Source of the DNA: Eledone cirrhosa
Taxonomy: Eukaryota
Direction of reading: 5' to 3'
DNA length: 64,000 bases
Assembly: GCA_964016885.1 (NCBI GenBank)
Contig: OZ024742.1
Coordinates: forward strand, 223,014,001 to 223,078,000
Both the position numbers and the translations under genes were made by a program. The notes below the pieces were generated by a model. That model saw only the letters and a list, made by a program, of their open reading frames with translations. It was not told the DNA's origin and made no database searches. This document shows positions 26,101 through 36,716 of the stretch, piece after piece; position 1 is the stretch's first letter, and every line of letters starts with the position of its first letter.

Positions 26101-29100
26101 TGTTTCTTTTATTTGCCACCAGGGCATCAAAAGTGGGACAAGTACGATGAGGGGAGTTTACAAAACAAGGCGTCCTCAATAGGGAGGAGGCAATAACAAT
26201 ATATAAAAATAAAATAAAATATAACAAAATCCGCAATAGAGGATTTTGTTATAAAATATAACAAAAAATAAAATTTATAACAAAATCCTCAATAGAGAGG
26301 AGGCGCCTTGGGGGGTCGCACACACCCCCGAAAAAAGTGTGCAACCCTTTTCCTCAGGAGCACAGAGAGGGGGTGCTCCCTCGTTCCTTCCTCTTTTCCA
26401 CCTACAGGCTTATGTAAAGAGAAGGCCCATTCACACGGGCCATTCTCGCCACTTTCACCCACCTTTCATAAAAACGACTGGGGTGGAGCACCTCTCTCTC
26501 CATCCTGATCCTTCTTCCGAAATGATATCGGAAGAAACGGACCAGTTGTTGGCCAGAGAGAAAGGTGCCTGACCTCAGTCCTTTCAGACGCGTCCACCAT
26601 ACAACCTCTTTCGCCATGGCTATTACGCACAGAAACACCGCCTCTGCTTCATCTTTGAAGGGGGGAGGCGGCTTGATCATTACAATAGACTCGGTGGTCA
26701 ACCGGATCGGTCCCACCCTTGACAGCAGTTGTTCGACATAGCCCCACAGATCGGCTACGCCCGAGCAGTGTACCAATGCGTGTGCAACGGTTTCCTCGTC
26801 GCACACGCATCTGGGACAGATCTTTTTGGCGGGGTCCCTACCCGGGCGCCCGTGTCTGTAGAGTTTTTCTCGGACGGGTAGAGCCCCTCGGTAGCACTGC
26901 CAGGCCAGGGACTTCTGGAAGTTGTCCATAGGTCCCGGGCTGAATGTCCTACCGAACAGGCTGGCCAGTTCGTCCTCCTCCATGTCTAGGGCTTCTCCGA
27001 GGGCGTCGTCGCACCTGCTGCGTACCAGCCCTCTATAGAATGTTGCGGTGGAGTCTCCACTGATAACCAGATCCGCCTGCCAGAGGGCGGTGAGCGCCTG
27101 GGCACACTCAGTGTGCCAGGCGCCCAGTTTTCTCGGTCTTTGCTTGACCCTGGATTGCAGCTCGGTGAGTGAGACGAGTCTGGGAAAGGTTCGTCTCACA
27201 AACGAGGCCCACACCAGTTGACCGGTGAGGAATACGTAGAGGTGCCGTAGCCTTAATGCGTGTTTACGCATCATTAGCCACGGCATCCCCAGCCCTCCTT
27301 TCGAAGGGTGTTGACAGCAGATGGATCTCCTCACCATAGGCGCCCGCCTCTTCCAAAGGAATTGGAAGAGCGCGCGCTCCATCTTGGTGAGGGTTTCCCT
27401 TGGGCAGGGCACTACGGTCAGGCGGTAGTAGATGACGGACTCTATATAGGTGTTCACCACCTCCGCCCGACCTTTCAGGGATAGTTTGCAACTGGCCCAC
27501 TTCTGGGTCAGTGCAAACACCCTGTTCGTAACCTCCGCCCAGTTCTTCTCCACCTGGAGGTCCGGTCCGAACCAGACCCCGAGCAACTTCACCGGGCCCT
27601 CCGTCCAGCGTCCGACGACGCCATCGGAGGGCATCGGTCTGCCCCTCCACGTGCCGAGTTGCAAACCGATCAACTTGTCCCGGTTCAGCTTAGCCCCTGT
27701 GAACCTTTCGTACTCCTCCAGTAAGGTGCCGACTGCCTCGATTTCGGAGGCCGTCGACACCATTACTGTCACGTCATCGGCGTAGGCCGACACCGCTTTC
27801 CGCAATCCCGGTTCCAAAGGGATGCCCTGCAACAACTCCAACTTCCGCAGTAGTGGCTCGAGAGTCAACACATACAGAAGGGAGGAGAGAGGGCACCCTT
27901 GTCGGATGGACCGCGCGATTTTGAACGGCTCCGAGAGGTAGCCGTTCACCTTGACCCTAGAGCAGATGCGGCTGCTGTGCATAGCAGTGATCCAGCCCCT
28001 GAAAACGGGTCCGAAGCCTGCCGCCGCTAGCACCGCATCCAGGTAACCATGGTCGACCCTATCGAACGCCTTAGATTGATCCAAGTTGATCAGAGCCCCA
28101 CCAAAGCCGGGTTTGTTCCCAACCCTCTCTATGATGTATCGCATGAGGTGGAGGTTGTCATGGATGGACCTGGACGGGATAGCGCATGTCTGCGCATCTC
28201 CCACCAGGTTGCCCACGACAAGCGCCAACCTCTTTGCTAGCACCTTGGCCAAAATCTGTAACTCTGTATTTAGTAGAGTTATGGGCCTGAAGTTACTTAT
28301 TTCGTCCCCCTTGTTCTCGTCCTTCCTCACTAGCGTGACTACGTCCTTGGTCACAGTACAGGGAATTCTCCCGTTCTGTTGCCAGTTGCAGTAGACCGCC
28401 TCGAGGAGATCGGGGAACAAGTCCGGCATAGCTAGATATAATTCATAAGGAAGACCATCGAGACCCGGGGATTTGCGTTTGCCGCATTGGCCCAGCACGT
28501 CCTCTATCTCAGCGGCCGAAATCGGCTCCTCGCAGGACTTCGCCTCCCTGTCCGAGAGATGCGGCAGGCCGTCGAGGTATGGACCGAAGTCCACATTCCC
28601 AACCGGCTCCCCGCCCCTCCCGAACAGTCGGGCAAAGTGCCTTTGAAAGGCCTCACACATCTGCTTAGGCTCAAGAATCGCCCGTCCATCCAGGTCTCGC
28701 AAAGACCGGATAGTGGATTTAGTTCCACTGTTGGCCTCTGTCACGCGGGCCCAGCTAACAGCTTTGGTCCCCTCGTTCCCTAGAGCACGCATTTTACTTC
28801 GGACAACGCAGCCTTCGTGCTTCGTGTCGAAAAACTGGCTCAAAGCCGTTCTCGACGCTAGCACTCTGGCCACGTCGCCGCTTCTAATTGCCTCTTCTAC
28901 TCTATCTATTAGCTCCCTTTCCTTCCTATTCCTATCCGCAGCTAGAACCTTACTAAATTCTATCGAGACTACTCTAATCTCTCTCTTTAGAGATACCCAC
29001 CACTTGCTGTTGACGATCGCTCCAGTCAATCGTTCCTTAACTAACGTACTAATCCGGTCCCTGTAGGCTCTACTTGCCGGCAAGGACAAGTTGAGCTTCC

Positions 29101-29220
29101 AGTAACCGGGGCCAGTAACCGGGGCCCTGTCTATGCGTTCTATCAAGGTTGACCATGCAGGTCACCAACTTGTGGTCTGAATAGCCAACCATGAGCATTT
29201 CTGGACAACTTAAAAAGTCC
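26101..29220 (-). mobile_element. 5'-truncated Tx1/L1-clade LINE with a 13-bp TSD
   Basis: TSD ctatatatagata at 26088-26100 and 29221-29233; minus-strand 3' end AATAAAAGAAACA; visibly GC/CpG-richer than the flanks. Confidence 0.92.
26402..29146 (-). CDS. Tx1 ORF2 remnant: end of APE, reverse transcriptase and C-terminal Cys/His knuckle (914 aa open)
   Basis: PGYWKLN, SPGLDGLPYE, NFRPITLLN, LDQSKAFDRVDH, RQGCPLS, AYADDV, GGLGMP, CPRCVCDEETVAHALVHC. Confidence 0.93.
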   Translation of the reverse strand: MIERIDRAPVTGPGYWKLNLSLPASRAYRDRISTLVKERLTGAIVNSKWWVSLKREIRVVSIEFSKVLAADRNRKERELIDRVEEAIRSGDVARVLASRTALSQFFDTKHEGCVVRSKMRALGNEGTKAVSWARVTEANSGTKSTIRSLRDLDGRAILEPKQMCEAFQRHFARLFGRGGEPVGNVDFGPYLDGLPHLSDREAKSCEEPISAAEIEDVLGQCGKRKSPGLDGLPYELYLAMPDLFPDLLEAVYCNWQQNGRIPCTVTKDVVTLVRKDENKGDEISNFRPITLLNTELQILAKVLAKRLALVVGNLVGDAQTCAIPSRSIHDNLHLMRYIIERVGNKPGFGGALINLDQSKAFDRVDHGYLDAVLAAAGFGPVFRGWITAMHSSRICSRVKVNGYLSEPFKIARSIRQGCPLSSLLYVLTLEPLLRKLELLQGIPLEPGLRKAVSAYADDVTVMVSTASEIEAVGTLLEEYERFTGAKLNRDKLIGLQLGTWRGRPMPSDGVVGRWTEGPVKLLGVWFGPDLQVEKNWAEVTNRVFALTQKWASCKLSLKGRAEVVNTYIESVIYYRLTVVPCPRETLTKMERALFQFLWKRRAPMVRRSICCQHPSKGGLGMPWLMMRKHALRLRHLYVFLTGQLVWASFVRRTFPRLVSLTELQSRVKQRPRKLGAWHTECAQALTALWQADLVISGDSTATFYRGLVRSRCDDALGEALDMEEDELASLFGRTFSPGPMDNFQKSLAWQCYRGALPVREKLYRHGRPGRDPAKKICPRCVCDEETVAHALVHCSGVADLWGYVEQLLSRVGPIRLTTESIVMIKPPPPFKDEAEAVFLCVIAMAKEVVWWTRLKGLRSGTFLSGQQLVRFFRYHFGRRIRMEREVLHPSRFYERWVKVARMARVNGPSLYISL

Positions 29221-29489
29221 CTATATATAGATAGCATGGCAGACAAACGGACAGTACCTGGGTGCTAGAGAGAGAGAGAGAGCAGTAAATCCCCACCCCC
29301 ATTCTGTTTTTGGAAAATAAGTTGTCAGCAAGCTTGTTGGAGGTCAGAATAGTTAAAAACACAGGAAAAACCTTAATTTTATTTAGTATTATTGGCAGTC
29401 AACGTACAGACAAACTTCCTTTTTATAAGGATATAGATATTATATTATCTCTTATAATTATATATATATTAGTGTATATATATATATTA

Positions 29490-30232
29490 GTGTCTGCCGT
29501 TCTGTTTATATGCCAACACAGCAAGAATGACGAGGTTGTTCTACTCACATGGCTTAAGAGGCTGTTTGCAGGGTCGGACGCCATGCTTTGACGCATAGAG
29601 TTGCGGCCTTTGCCATTCTGAGTTCAAATCCCGCTGAGGTTAACTTTGCCTTTCATCCTTACGGGGTCGATAAAATAAAGTACCAGTAATGCACTGGGAT
29701 AATTACTGGCCTTGTGCCAAAAGTAGAAACAATTATTAATATTAAAAAAACTCAGATTTACATTTCTTGTATTCAGCCATGTAGAAGGATAAAACTATTT
29801 GTTAGTTATTTGGCAAAGCCGGCCATTAATCGCTCGTATACATAAAACTGACTGGCCTATCTGCTGATATGCAAGTCTAGCTGATCAGTGGGTCTGCTAA
29901 TATGCAGATCTGACTGATCAGGCAGTTTGCGAATATGCAAATCAGGCCAATCAGTCACTGTATATTCCAGAAAATATATATTTTCATTAGCTCTGACAGT
30001 TGACAGGTAAGCAGTATACAGTACTGATGAAGGGTAATCACCGAGAAATATTAGTGGCTACTGTTCTGTTTATATGCCAACACAAGAGCAAGAAGGATGA
30101 GGTTGTTCTACTCACATGGCTTAAGAGGCTGTTTGCCTAATTGCAAACGAATTGAATATTATTATTAAGATTTGAAAAACTCAAATTTACATTTCTTGTA
30201 TTCAGCCATGTAGAGCGATAAAACTATTTGTT
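29490..30232 (+). mobile_element. Penelope-like remnant: ~170-bp direct repeat (first copy split by a SINE) around a hammerhead-like core
   Basis: The block gttctgtttatatgccaacaca...ataaaactatttgtta occurs twice; CTGATGA...GAAA at 30024-30048. Confidence 0.5.
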
Positions 30233-30790
30233 ATATATATATATATATACGGTATATGTATATATATATATATATACATATCATCATCGTTTAACATCCA
30301 TTTTCTAAGATAGCATGAGTTAGACAAGCTGTTCCGTTGTGAGACAAGCCCAGTCGGAGGACTATGTTTTGCTCACACAGAACTGATTTCAGCTTGGTTT
30401 CTATGGCTGGATGCCTTTCCTAACGCCAACTACATTTACATTGTGTACTGGGTGCTTTTTGTTGTGATACCTACATGACTACTTTACAGTGTGGACTGGG
30501 CTCTTTTTATTGTGACTCCTACACAATCACTTTACAGTGTGGGCTGGGTGATTTTTGTCATGACACCTACATGACCATTTTACTGTGTGGACTGGGCGCT
30601 CATTATATGCAGATATGTGTATTACCATCTTGGTAATACACATATTTGCACACTTGCATAACAACACCTCATAATTGTATGAGCATCTGATGATGTCACA
30701 TGGAAATCGTTGATGATATAACCATTACATAACCATATCATTGAAATATATATTATGCAATAAAAGAATCATGTAAAAGTAAGCCTGTCT

Positions 30791-30821
<31 letters not shown>

Positions 30822-31117
30822 TGAGAGAGAGATAGTAGATCTCAAAATGCTGTACCTACAGAGAGGATGAAGAAAGACAGCAGGTAGAAGAAAGCTGTTT
30901 TGAAAAAGATCTGTCCGAACCATGCAAAGCAAATGATGATGATAATGATAAGAAGTTGGTCGTAATAGAGCCAGTTTTAGATGGTGAGATTTGTCAGTAA
31001 CTTAAGTGAGCTATTTGTCATAAAGGAATTACATATTAATATTTAGAATGCTGAGATTTGTCATAAATATAAATGAACCATCTCTCATATCTATAATTTA
31101 TTTTATATATATATATC

Positions 31118-32296
31118 ATCATCATCATCATCATCATCATCATCGTTTAACGTCCATCTTCCACGCTTGCATGGGTTTGGACTGGAGTTTTCCCACTTGA
31201 GGCAAGAGTGATTGTCTTGCTCGCATAGGACTGTCTGGCAGGTTTTCTACGGCTGGATGCCCTTCCTAACACCAACCACATTTACAGTGTGGAACTGGGA
31301 GGTTTTTACCGTGTTACCTACACGGCCACATTACAGCGTGGACTGTGTGTTTTTTTGTCGTGACACCTACACGACCTCATTTGTGTTGGACTGGATGTTG
31401 TCGTGCCAACAAAACTTTACATTGAAAGGGGTGGGGTGGATGGGGTGAGGGTAGTGGGACGGGGTGTATTTTTGTTAGAGGTGCCTACCGACTGTAGTAG
31501 GTTTCACTTTGTACTTAGGTAAGGCGGGTCTTCTGTATTACTGTGTAGCGCCAAAGATCTCGTTCCAGTGACATTGTCTTGGAGATGTGTAAGTGTGTGA
31601 GGTGGGAATTTATCAAGTTGTCCCAGGTTTTTCTGGGTCTGCCTACTCCGTGACTACCATCTATTTTTATTGCCCTGCACTTTTTTATACAGCTGTCGTC
31701 TTTCATGCGCATCACGTGACCGTACCAACGTAGTCTTCTCTCGAGTAAACAACATCTGATCCCTCTTATTTCTAATTTTTCCCTTAGTTCGTTTATGCTT
31801 TGCTGTTCATGTATATTACTATTACACATCCAGCGGAGCATGCAAGCTTCGTTCCTCTCCAGTCTGCGTATATCCTCTGCACACAATGCCCAGGTCTCAC
31901 TGCCATGTTACATTGCTGTTCGTATGCAGGCATCAAACAGCCTGCCTTTCATTTTTAGAGAGAACCCTTTAGCGGCTAATAGTGGTATAAGCTCTCTGAA
32001 CTTTTTCCATCCAGTTCTGACTCTAGCTACTGTACTTTCAGAGCACCCTCCACCACTGCTGATTTTGTCACCCAAGTAACGGAAGGTGTCCACTATTTCT
32101 ATAGAACCATCTGTGCAATGGAATGAGTTAGTATTCTGTGGGCACTTGCTCCTACTTATTGCACCAGAGCACCAGCTACATATAAAATCTATATTCTTAG
32201 TTAGCTTACCTGTGATCCCACTACATCTTTTATGCACCCATACTTTGCATTTGGGACATAAAATGGAGTTTCTGCCTACTCCTTTCCTACACACTG

Positions 32297-32297
<1 letters not shown>
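31118..32297 (-). mobile_element. RTE LINE (PHD-insert family), 5'-truncated
   Basis: VCRKGVGRNSILCPKCKVWVHKRCSGI...GWKKFRELIPLL...ERRLRWYGHVMRM...GRPRKTW; long 3' UTR and (GAT)n tail; (TA)n on both sides. Confidence 0.9.
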
Positions 32298-32339
<42 letters not shown>

Positions 32340-32341
<2 letters not shown>

Positions 32342-33063
32342 AAAAACAAGGGGAAGAAGAATACTGCATGGTTGCACATGGATTACATATTATAAAATTA
32401 GTCCCTCATTAGTGATTTTGCTAACCATCATTGGTATTTTTTTCGAATTAAAAATCAGATACCTCATGTTGGTGTGAGCAATAACTAAAATAAGCTATTG
32501 GAACAAGTGAAACGCGTAAAGCGAGTGAGACAAGTAAACAACAGAAGGAAAAGCAAACCGAAGGTTGGAAAACAGCAAGCCACATGGTAGTTATCCGATC
32601 AGCATAAGCTGGGTGAATTTCATGAGCGGTCAGAGAAGCAGACCGTACGCCGTGAGTGCGGTGTGAGAAAGAAGGAACCCCACTACTAGCGAACGGGAGG
32701 AAGTGAGAAGGGGAGAAACAGAGAGTGAGTGAGTGGAAGTGCGAGGAAGAGGTCAGTCGAAAGAAAAAGTGTAACTGACAGAGAGGGTGAAAGAAGGTAA
32801 GAGAAACAGAGAGAACGGGGGAGCAGTAAGAGAGAAAGAGAGAAACAGATAATCGCAGTTTAGGTAAATATATATGAAAAACAAGGGGAAGAAGAATACT
32901 GCATGGTTGCACATGGATTACATATTATAAAATTAGTCCCTCATCAGTGATTTTGCCAACCATCATTGGTATTTCATCACATTAAAAATCAGATACCTCA
33001 GGTTGGTGCGAGCAATAACTAAAATAAGCTATTGGGACAAGTGAAACGCGTAAAGCGAGTGAG
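32340..33063. repeat. ~190-bp direct repeats (32340-32530 and 32877-33063) bracketing a purine-rich spacer; possible Penelope pseudo-LTRs
   Basis: Near-identical aaaaacaaggggaagaagaatactgc...gaaacgcgtaaagcgagtgag occurs twice. Confidence 0.65.
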
Positions 33064-33150
33064 TCCCTTATAATTAAAGTAGATTTGAACACACACATAT
33101 ATATATATATATATATATGTGTGTGTTTGTCTCTCTTTATGGTATATATA

Positions 33151-33543
33151 CGAGGGTAATCCCAAAAGTAAGGTCTCCAAAGCGATGGGGTCACAGAGAA
33201 ACTGTTCGTACGGCTGTTGGAAACACTGTTGTGATTGTTGCTTCCTTCACTCCCAAACAAGCATGTGCGCACTGCGCTGGGATACTTAATCTTGGCTTGG
33301 CAGCCGTTGAGAATGGAGCTCTTGTTGAACGCTACCGCCAAGTGCAAATTTCGCACAGTTATTATATAGAGGGCAATCCCAAAAGTAAGGTCTCCTTCCG
33401 AGGAAAACATGCGTAAAGATCGGCGGATCACTCTGGATGCTCTCCGCATTTTGGTTCCTGAGGTTTCCCGAAGCACCATCCACAGGATTTTAATGGAAAA
33501 GTTGCAATATCAGAAGGAGACCTTACTTTTGGGATTGCCCTCG
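33151..33543 (+). mobile_element. Internally deleted mariner derivative with three TIR copies
   Basis: TIR cgagggtaatcccaaaagtaaggtctcc at 33151, repeated at 33369 and inverted at 33516-33543; TA flanks. Transposase scraps MELLLNATAKCKFRTVI and EENMRKDRRITLDALRILVPEVSRSTIHRILMEKL. Confidence 0.85.
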
Positions 33544-33907
33544 TATATATATATATAGGTATATTTATGTGTGTGTGTATATATATATGTATGTATATAG
33601 TCAGACTGATAGGTAGGTAGCTAGATATTATTTTTATTGTCCAAAGATAGATAGATACATAGGTAAATAGCTGGTGTTTACAATAGACCAACTATGTGAG
33701 AGTGAGGGTAGGAAGCAAGATATCAAATTCCCACTTTCTAGACAATTTTAGCATAACATGGTTGTCACATGATCAAGCATTTTATTATAATGATATATAT
33801 AAGAAATAGTACATTTAAGTTTATATATATATATATATATAATATATCTACATGATCAAGCATTTTATTATAATGACATATATAAGAGTGGTACATTTAA
33901 CATTTAA

Positions 33908-33964
<57 letters not shown>

Positions 33965-34479
33965 CATATATATATACATATATGTATATATAGGAAGTAC
34001 ATTGACAAAAAACAAGACTTGAGAAAGACCGGAATTATATACTTGAACTAACCAAATTTATGAAATAACCTTTGCGTTGCATTATATAAAAGCTGAAGTA
34101 TAAATAGAACATATAATGAAGTGTAGGAGGTGGTGAATTGACAGAGTCATTAGAATTTCGGATAGAATACTGTGGAGTAATCGTTCCGGCTGGAGTTTAA
34201 TTCTCACCAAGGTAAACTTTGCCTTTCATCCTTTCAAGGCCAATAAATAATGTGCCAGTCTATTACTGGGATTGATTCTTCTTCTGTGTCTCTTTCTCAC
34301 TTCCTCTCTCTCCTTATAGAAAATATTGGCTGTGTTCAGACCTGGAGAGCGATGAGCTCTGCTAGATTTATATGCCCAGTGTGTTAGAAGGGAACCCCAA
34401 CAATTTAAAGAGTTAATGGTGAAAGTATGGCAGGGAATGAAGAACAGAGGTAGTAAACAAAGAGGAATTGCAGGGTTTA

Positions 34480-34750
34480 TAGTATGGAATAGAGTTTTTT
34501 AGATGTAACAAGGGTTATGTTATGGAATGTAGTATTTTAGATGTAGCTGCAGATACTAGTGAGACCAGGTTTTTAGAAGGGGCAAAAAAGAATAACAGAT
34601 GTGGTGTAGGATAGGATCTTTTAGATGTAGCAAGGACAATGGTATGGAATAGGGTCTTTTAGATCTAGCAAAGATGATTGTAAAAGTGGTGATCTTTTCC
34701 ATGTAGTAAGGCAATGACAGCAGAACATATTATTTAGAACAAATCTTTTA
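34480..34750. repeat. Degenerate ~40-bp minisatellite
   Basis: Recurring tatggaatag...ttttagatgtagcaagg. Confidence 0.6.
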
Positions 34751-35089
34751 GACCAAGGGTCCTAGAAGTGGTTAATATCGACTTCTAAGGATCAATGAGA
34801 CCACCTAGGTGTTTCAATGAGGTTTTGAACCAAAATCTGTGATTTGTGCAAGAAATAAGGATATATAAATTTGTTTCTATTTTTGGCACAAGGTCAGCAA
34901 TTTGAAGGCAGGGAGAATTGATTCAATTGACCCCAATGTGTTACTGTTACTTTATTTTATCGACCCCATAAGGATGAAAGACAAAGATAATTTCAGTACG
35001 ATTTGAACTCAGAACGTTAAGGGCTGTAACTATATGTTGCAAAGCATGTTGTCTGATGCTCTACTGACACTGTCAATCCACTGCCCTTA

Positions 35090-35119
<30 letters not shown>

Positions 35120-35129
<10 letters not shown>

Positions 35130-35402
35130 ATGTAAAAGGTAAACAGAAATAACAACACAATTGGTACAGTATATGGAAGGAATATATTAGTTTTTAGAGA
35201 AAAATAACCTATTTTTCTCTAAAAACATTTTTCCAATTCTGACCCGCCTGTCCCTTCAATCTTTCTTATTTCTCATTCTTTTTTCTGATGAAGGACTAGT
35301 GTACAAAACGTTAAGACCCTCCTTCTATTTCAAGTATTAAACTAATATATTCCTTCCATATACTGTACCAATTGTGTTGTTATTTCTGTTTACCTTTTAC
35401 AT

Positions 35403-35410
<8 letters not shown>
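35120..35410. repeat. Fold-back element with ~70-bp perfect arms and a hammerhead-like core (Penelope-like)
   Basis: gtatgtaaaaggtaaacag...gaatatattagttt is inverted at 35339-35404; CTGATGA at 35285. Confidence 0.75.
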
Positions 35411-35480
<70 letters not shown>

Positions 35481-35483
<3 letters not shown>

Positions 35484-36505
35484 GTGAGGAATTCCAGATA
35501 CAAGTAGGAGTACATCAAGGTTCGGTCCTCAGCCCGCTCTTGTTCATTATAGCAGAATCAGTAAAGGAGCTTGAGAATAAATTCTGGCTATGGAAACAGC
35601 AGTTGGAAGCAAGAGGACTGAGAGTGAACCTAGCTAAGACAAAAGTGTTGATGAGTAGAAAAGAGGACAAAACTCTGATTCCGTCAGGGAAATGGCCATG
35701 TTCGATATGCAGAAAAGGAACTGGCATAAATTCTATAAAATGCACACAATGCAGACCCTGGGTACACAAGAGATGTAGTGGGATAGCAGGCAAACTAACA
35801 GGTAGGGAGAAATACGTATGCAGTAGATGTGCAGGGAAATTAGACAGTATAAGTCGCATTGATAGACACATTTTTCAAATGCAGGCGGGTGCTATAGAAG
35901 TGGTGGATAGCTTCCGGTACCGAGGCGATCGGATTAGCATGGGAGGGGGGTGTTCCGAGGCCATAGTATCTAGAATAAGGACGGGTTGGAAGAAGTTTAG
36001 GGAGCTGCTTCCTCTGCTGACGAAGAAGGGTTTCTCTCTGCGTGCGAAAGGCCGGTTATATGATGCCTGTGTGAGGAGTGCGATGTTGCATGGTAGTGAG
36101 ACATGGGCAGCAACCGCAGAGGATATGCGACGACTGGAGAGAAATGAGACAAGCATGCTCCGTTGGATGTGCAGTGTCAATGTGCGTGAACGACTCAGCA
36201 TGAATGTGTTGAGAGAGAAACTGTGTCTGAGAGGGATAGAATGTAGTGTGCGAGAGAGGAGACTGCGGTGGTATGGACATGTGATGCGCATAGAGGATGA
36301 CCGATGGGTAAAGAAGTGCCAGGAAATGCCAGTTGAAAGAAGACGTGGTAGAGGTAGACCACGAAAAACATGGGCGGAGGTGGTGAGAACAGACCTCAGA
36401 TCGCTGAAGCTCACGGTGGAGATGACAAAGGACCGTGACGAGTGGAGAGATGCTGTGCTGAATAAGACCCGTCCCACCCTTCCAAGCAGGGAAGAGCGGA
36501 CGTAA
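35481..36505 (+). mobile_element. RTE LINE (PHD-insert family), 5'-truncated, YADD deleted
   Basis: VGVHQGSVLSPLLFII/AESVKELE...KWPCSICRKG...CTQCRPWVHKRC...CSRC...RLRWYGHVMR...GRPRKTW. Confidence 0.9.
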
Positions 36506-36677
36506 ATCATCATCATCACTGTTTTATGTCCATTTTCCACACTAGCATGGGTTAGATGAGTTGTCCTGTTGACCATGTCTTGTTCATACAGAACTGATTT
36601 GGGATAGGTTTCTACAACTGGATGCCCTTCCTAATGCCAACCTCATTTACAGTGAGTACTGGGTGCTTTTTGTTGTG

Positions 36678-36714
<37 letters not shown>

Positions 36715-36716
36715 CA

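Noticed and set aside
26402-29146. Foreign/bacterial RT system (retron, group II intron, DGR), suggested by the high GC
   Set aside because: The motif order, the APE remnant, the C-terminal knuckle and the TSD are those of a Tx1/L1 LINE.
30684-30716. Hammerhead at CTGATGA...GAAA
   Set aside because: Stems I and II are too weak and there is no valid NUH triplet; at most a decayed Penelope remnant.
35372-35480. N-terminus of the 377-aa ORF
   Set aside because: Read-through of a fold-back arm and (TA)n; RTE homology starts only near 35481.
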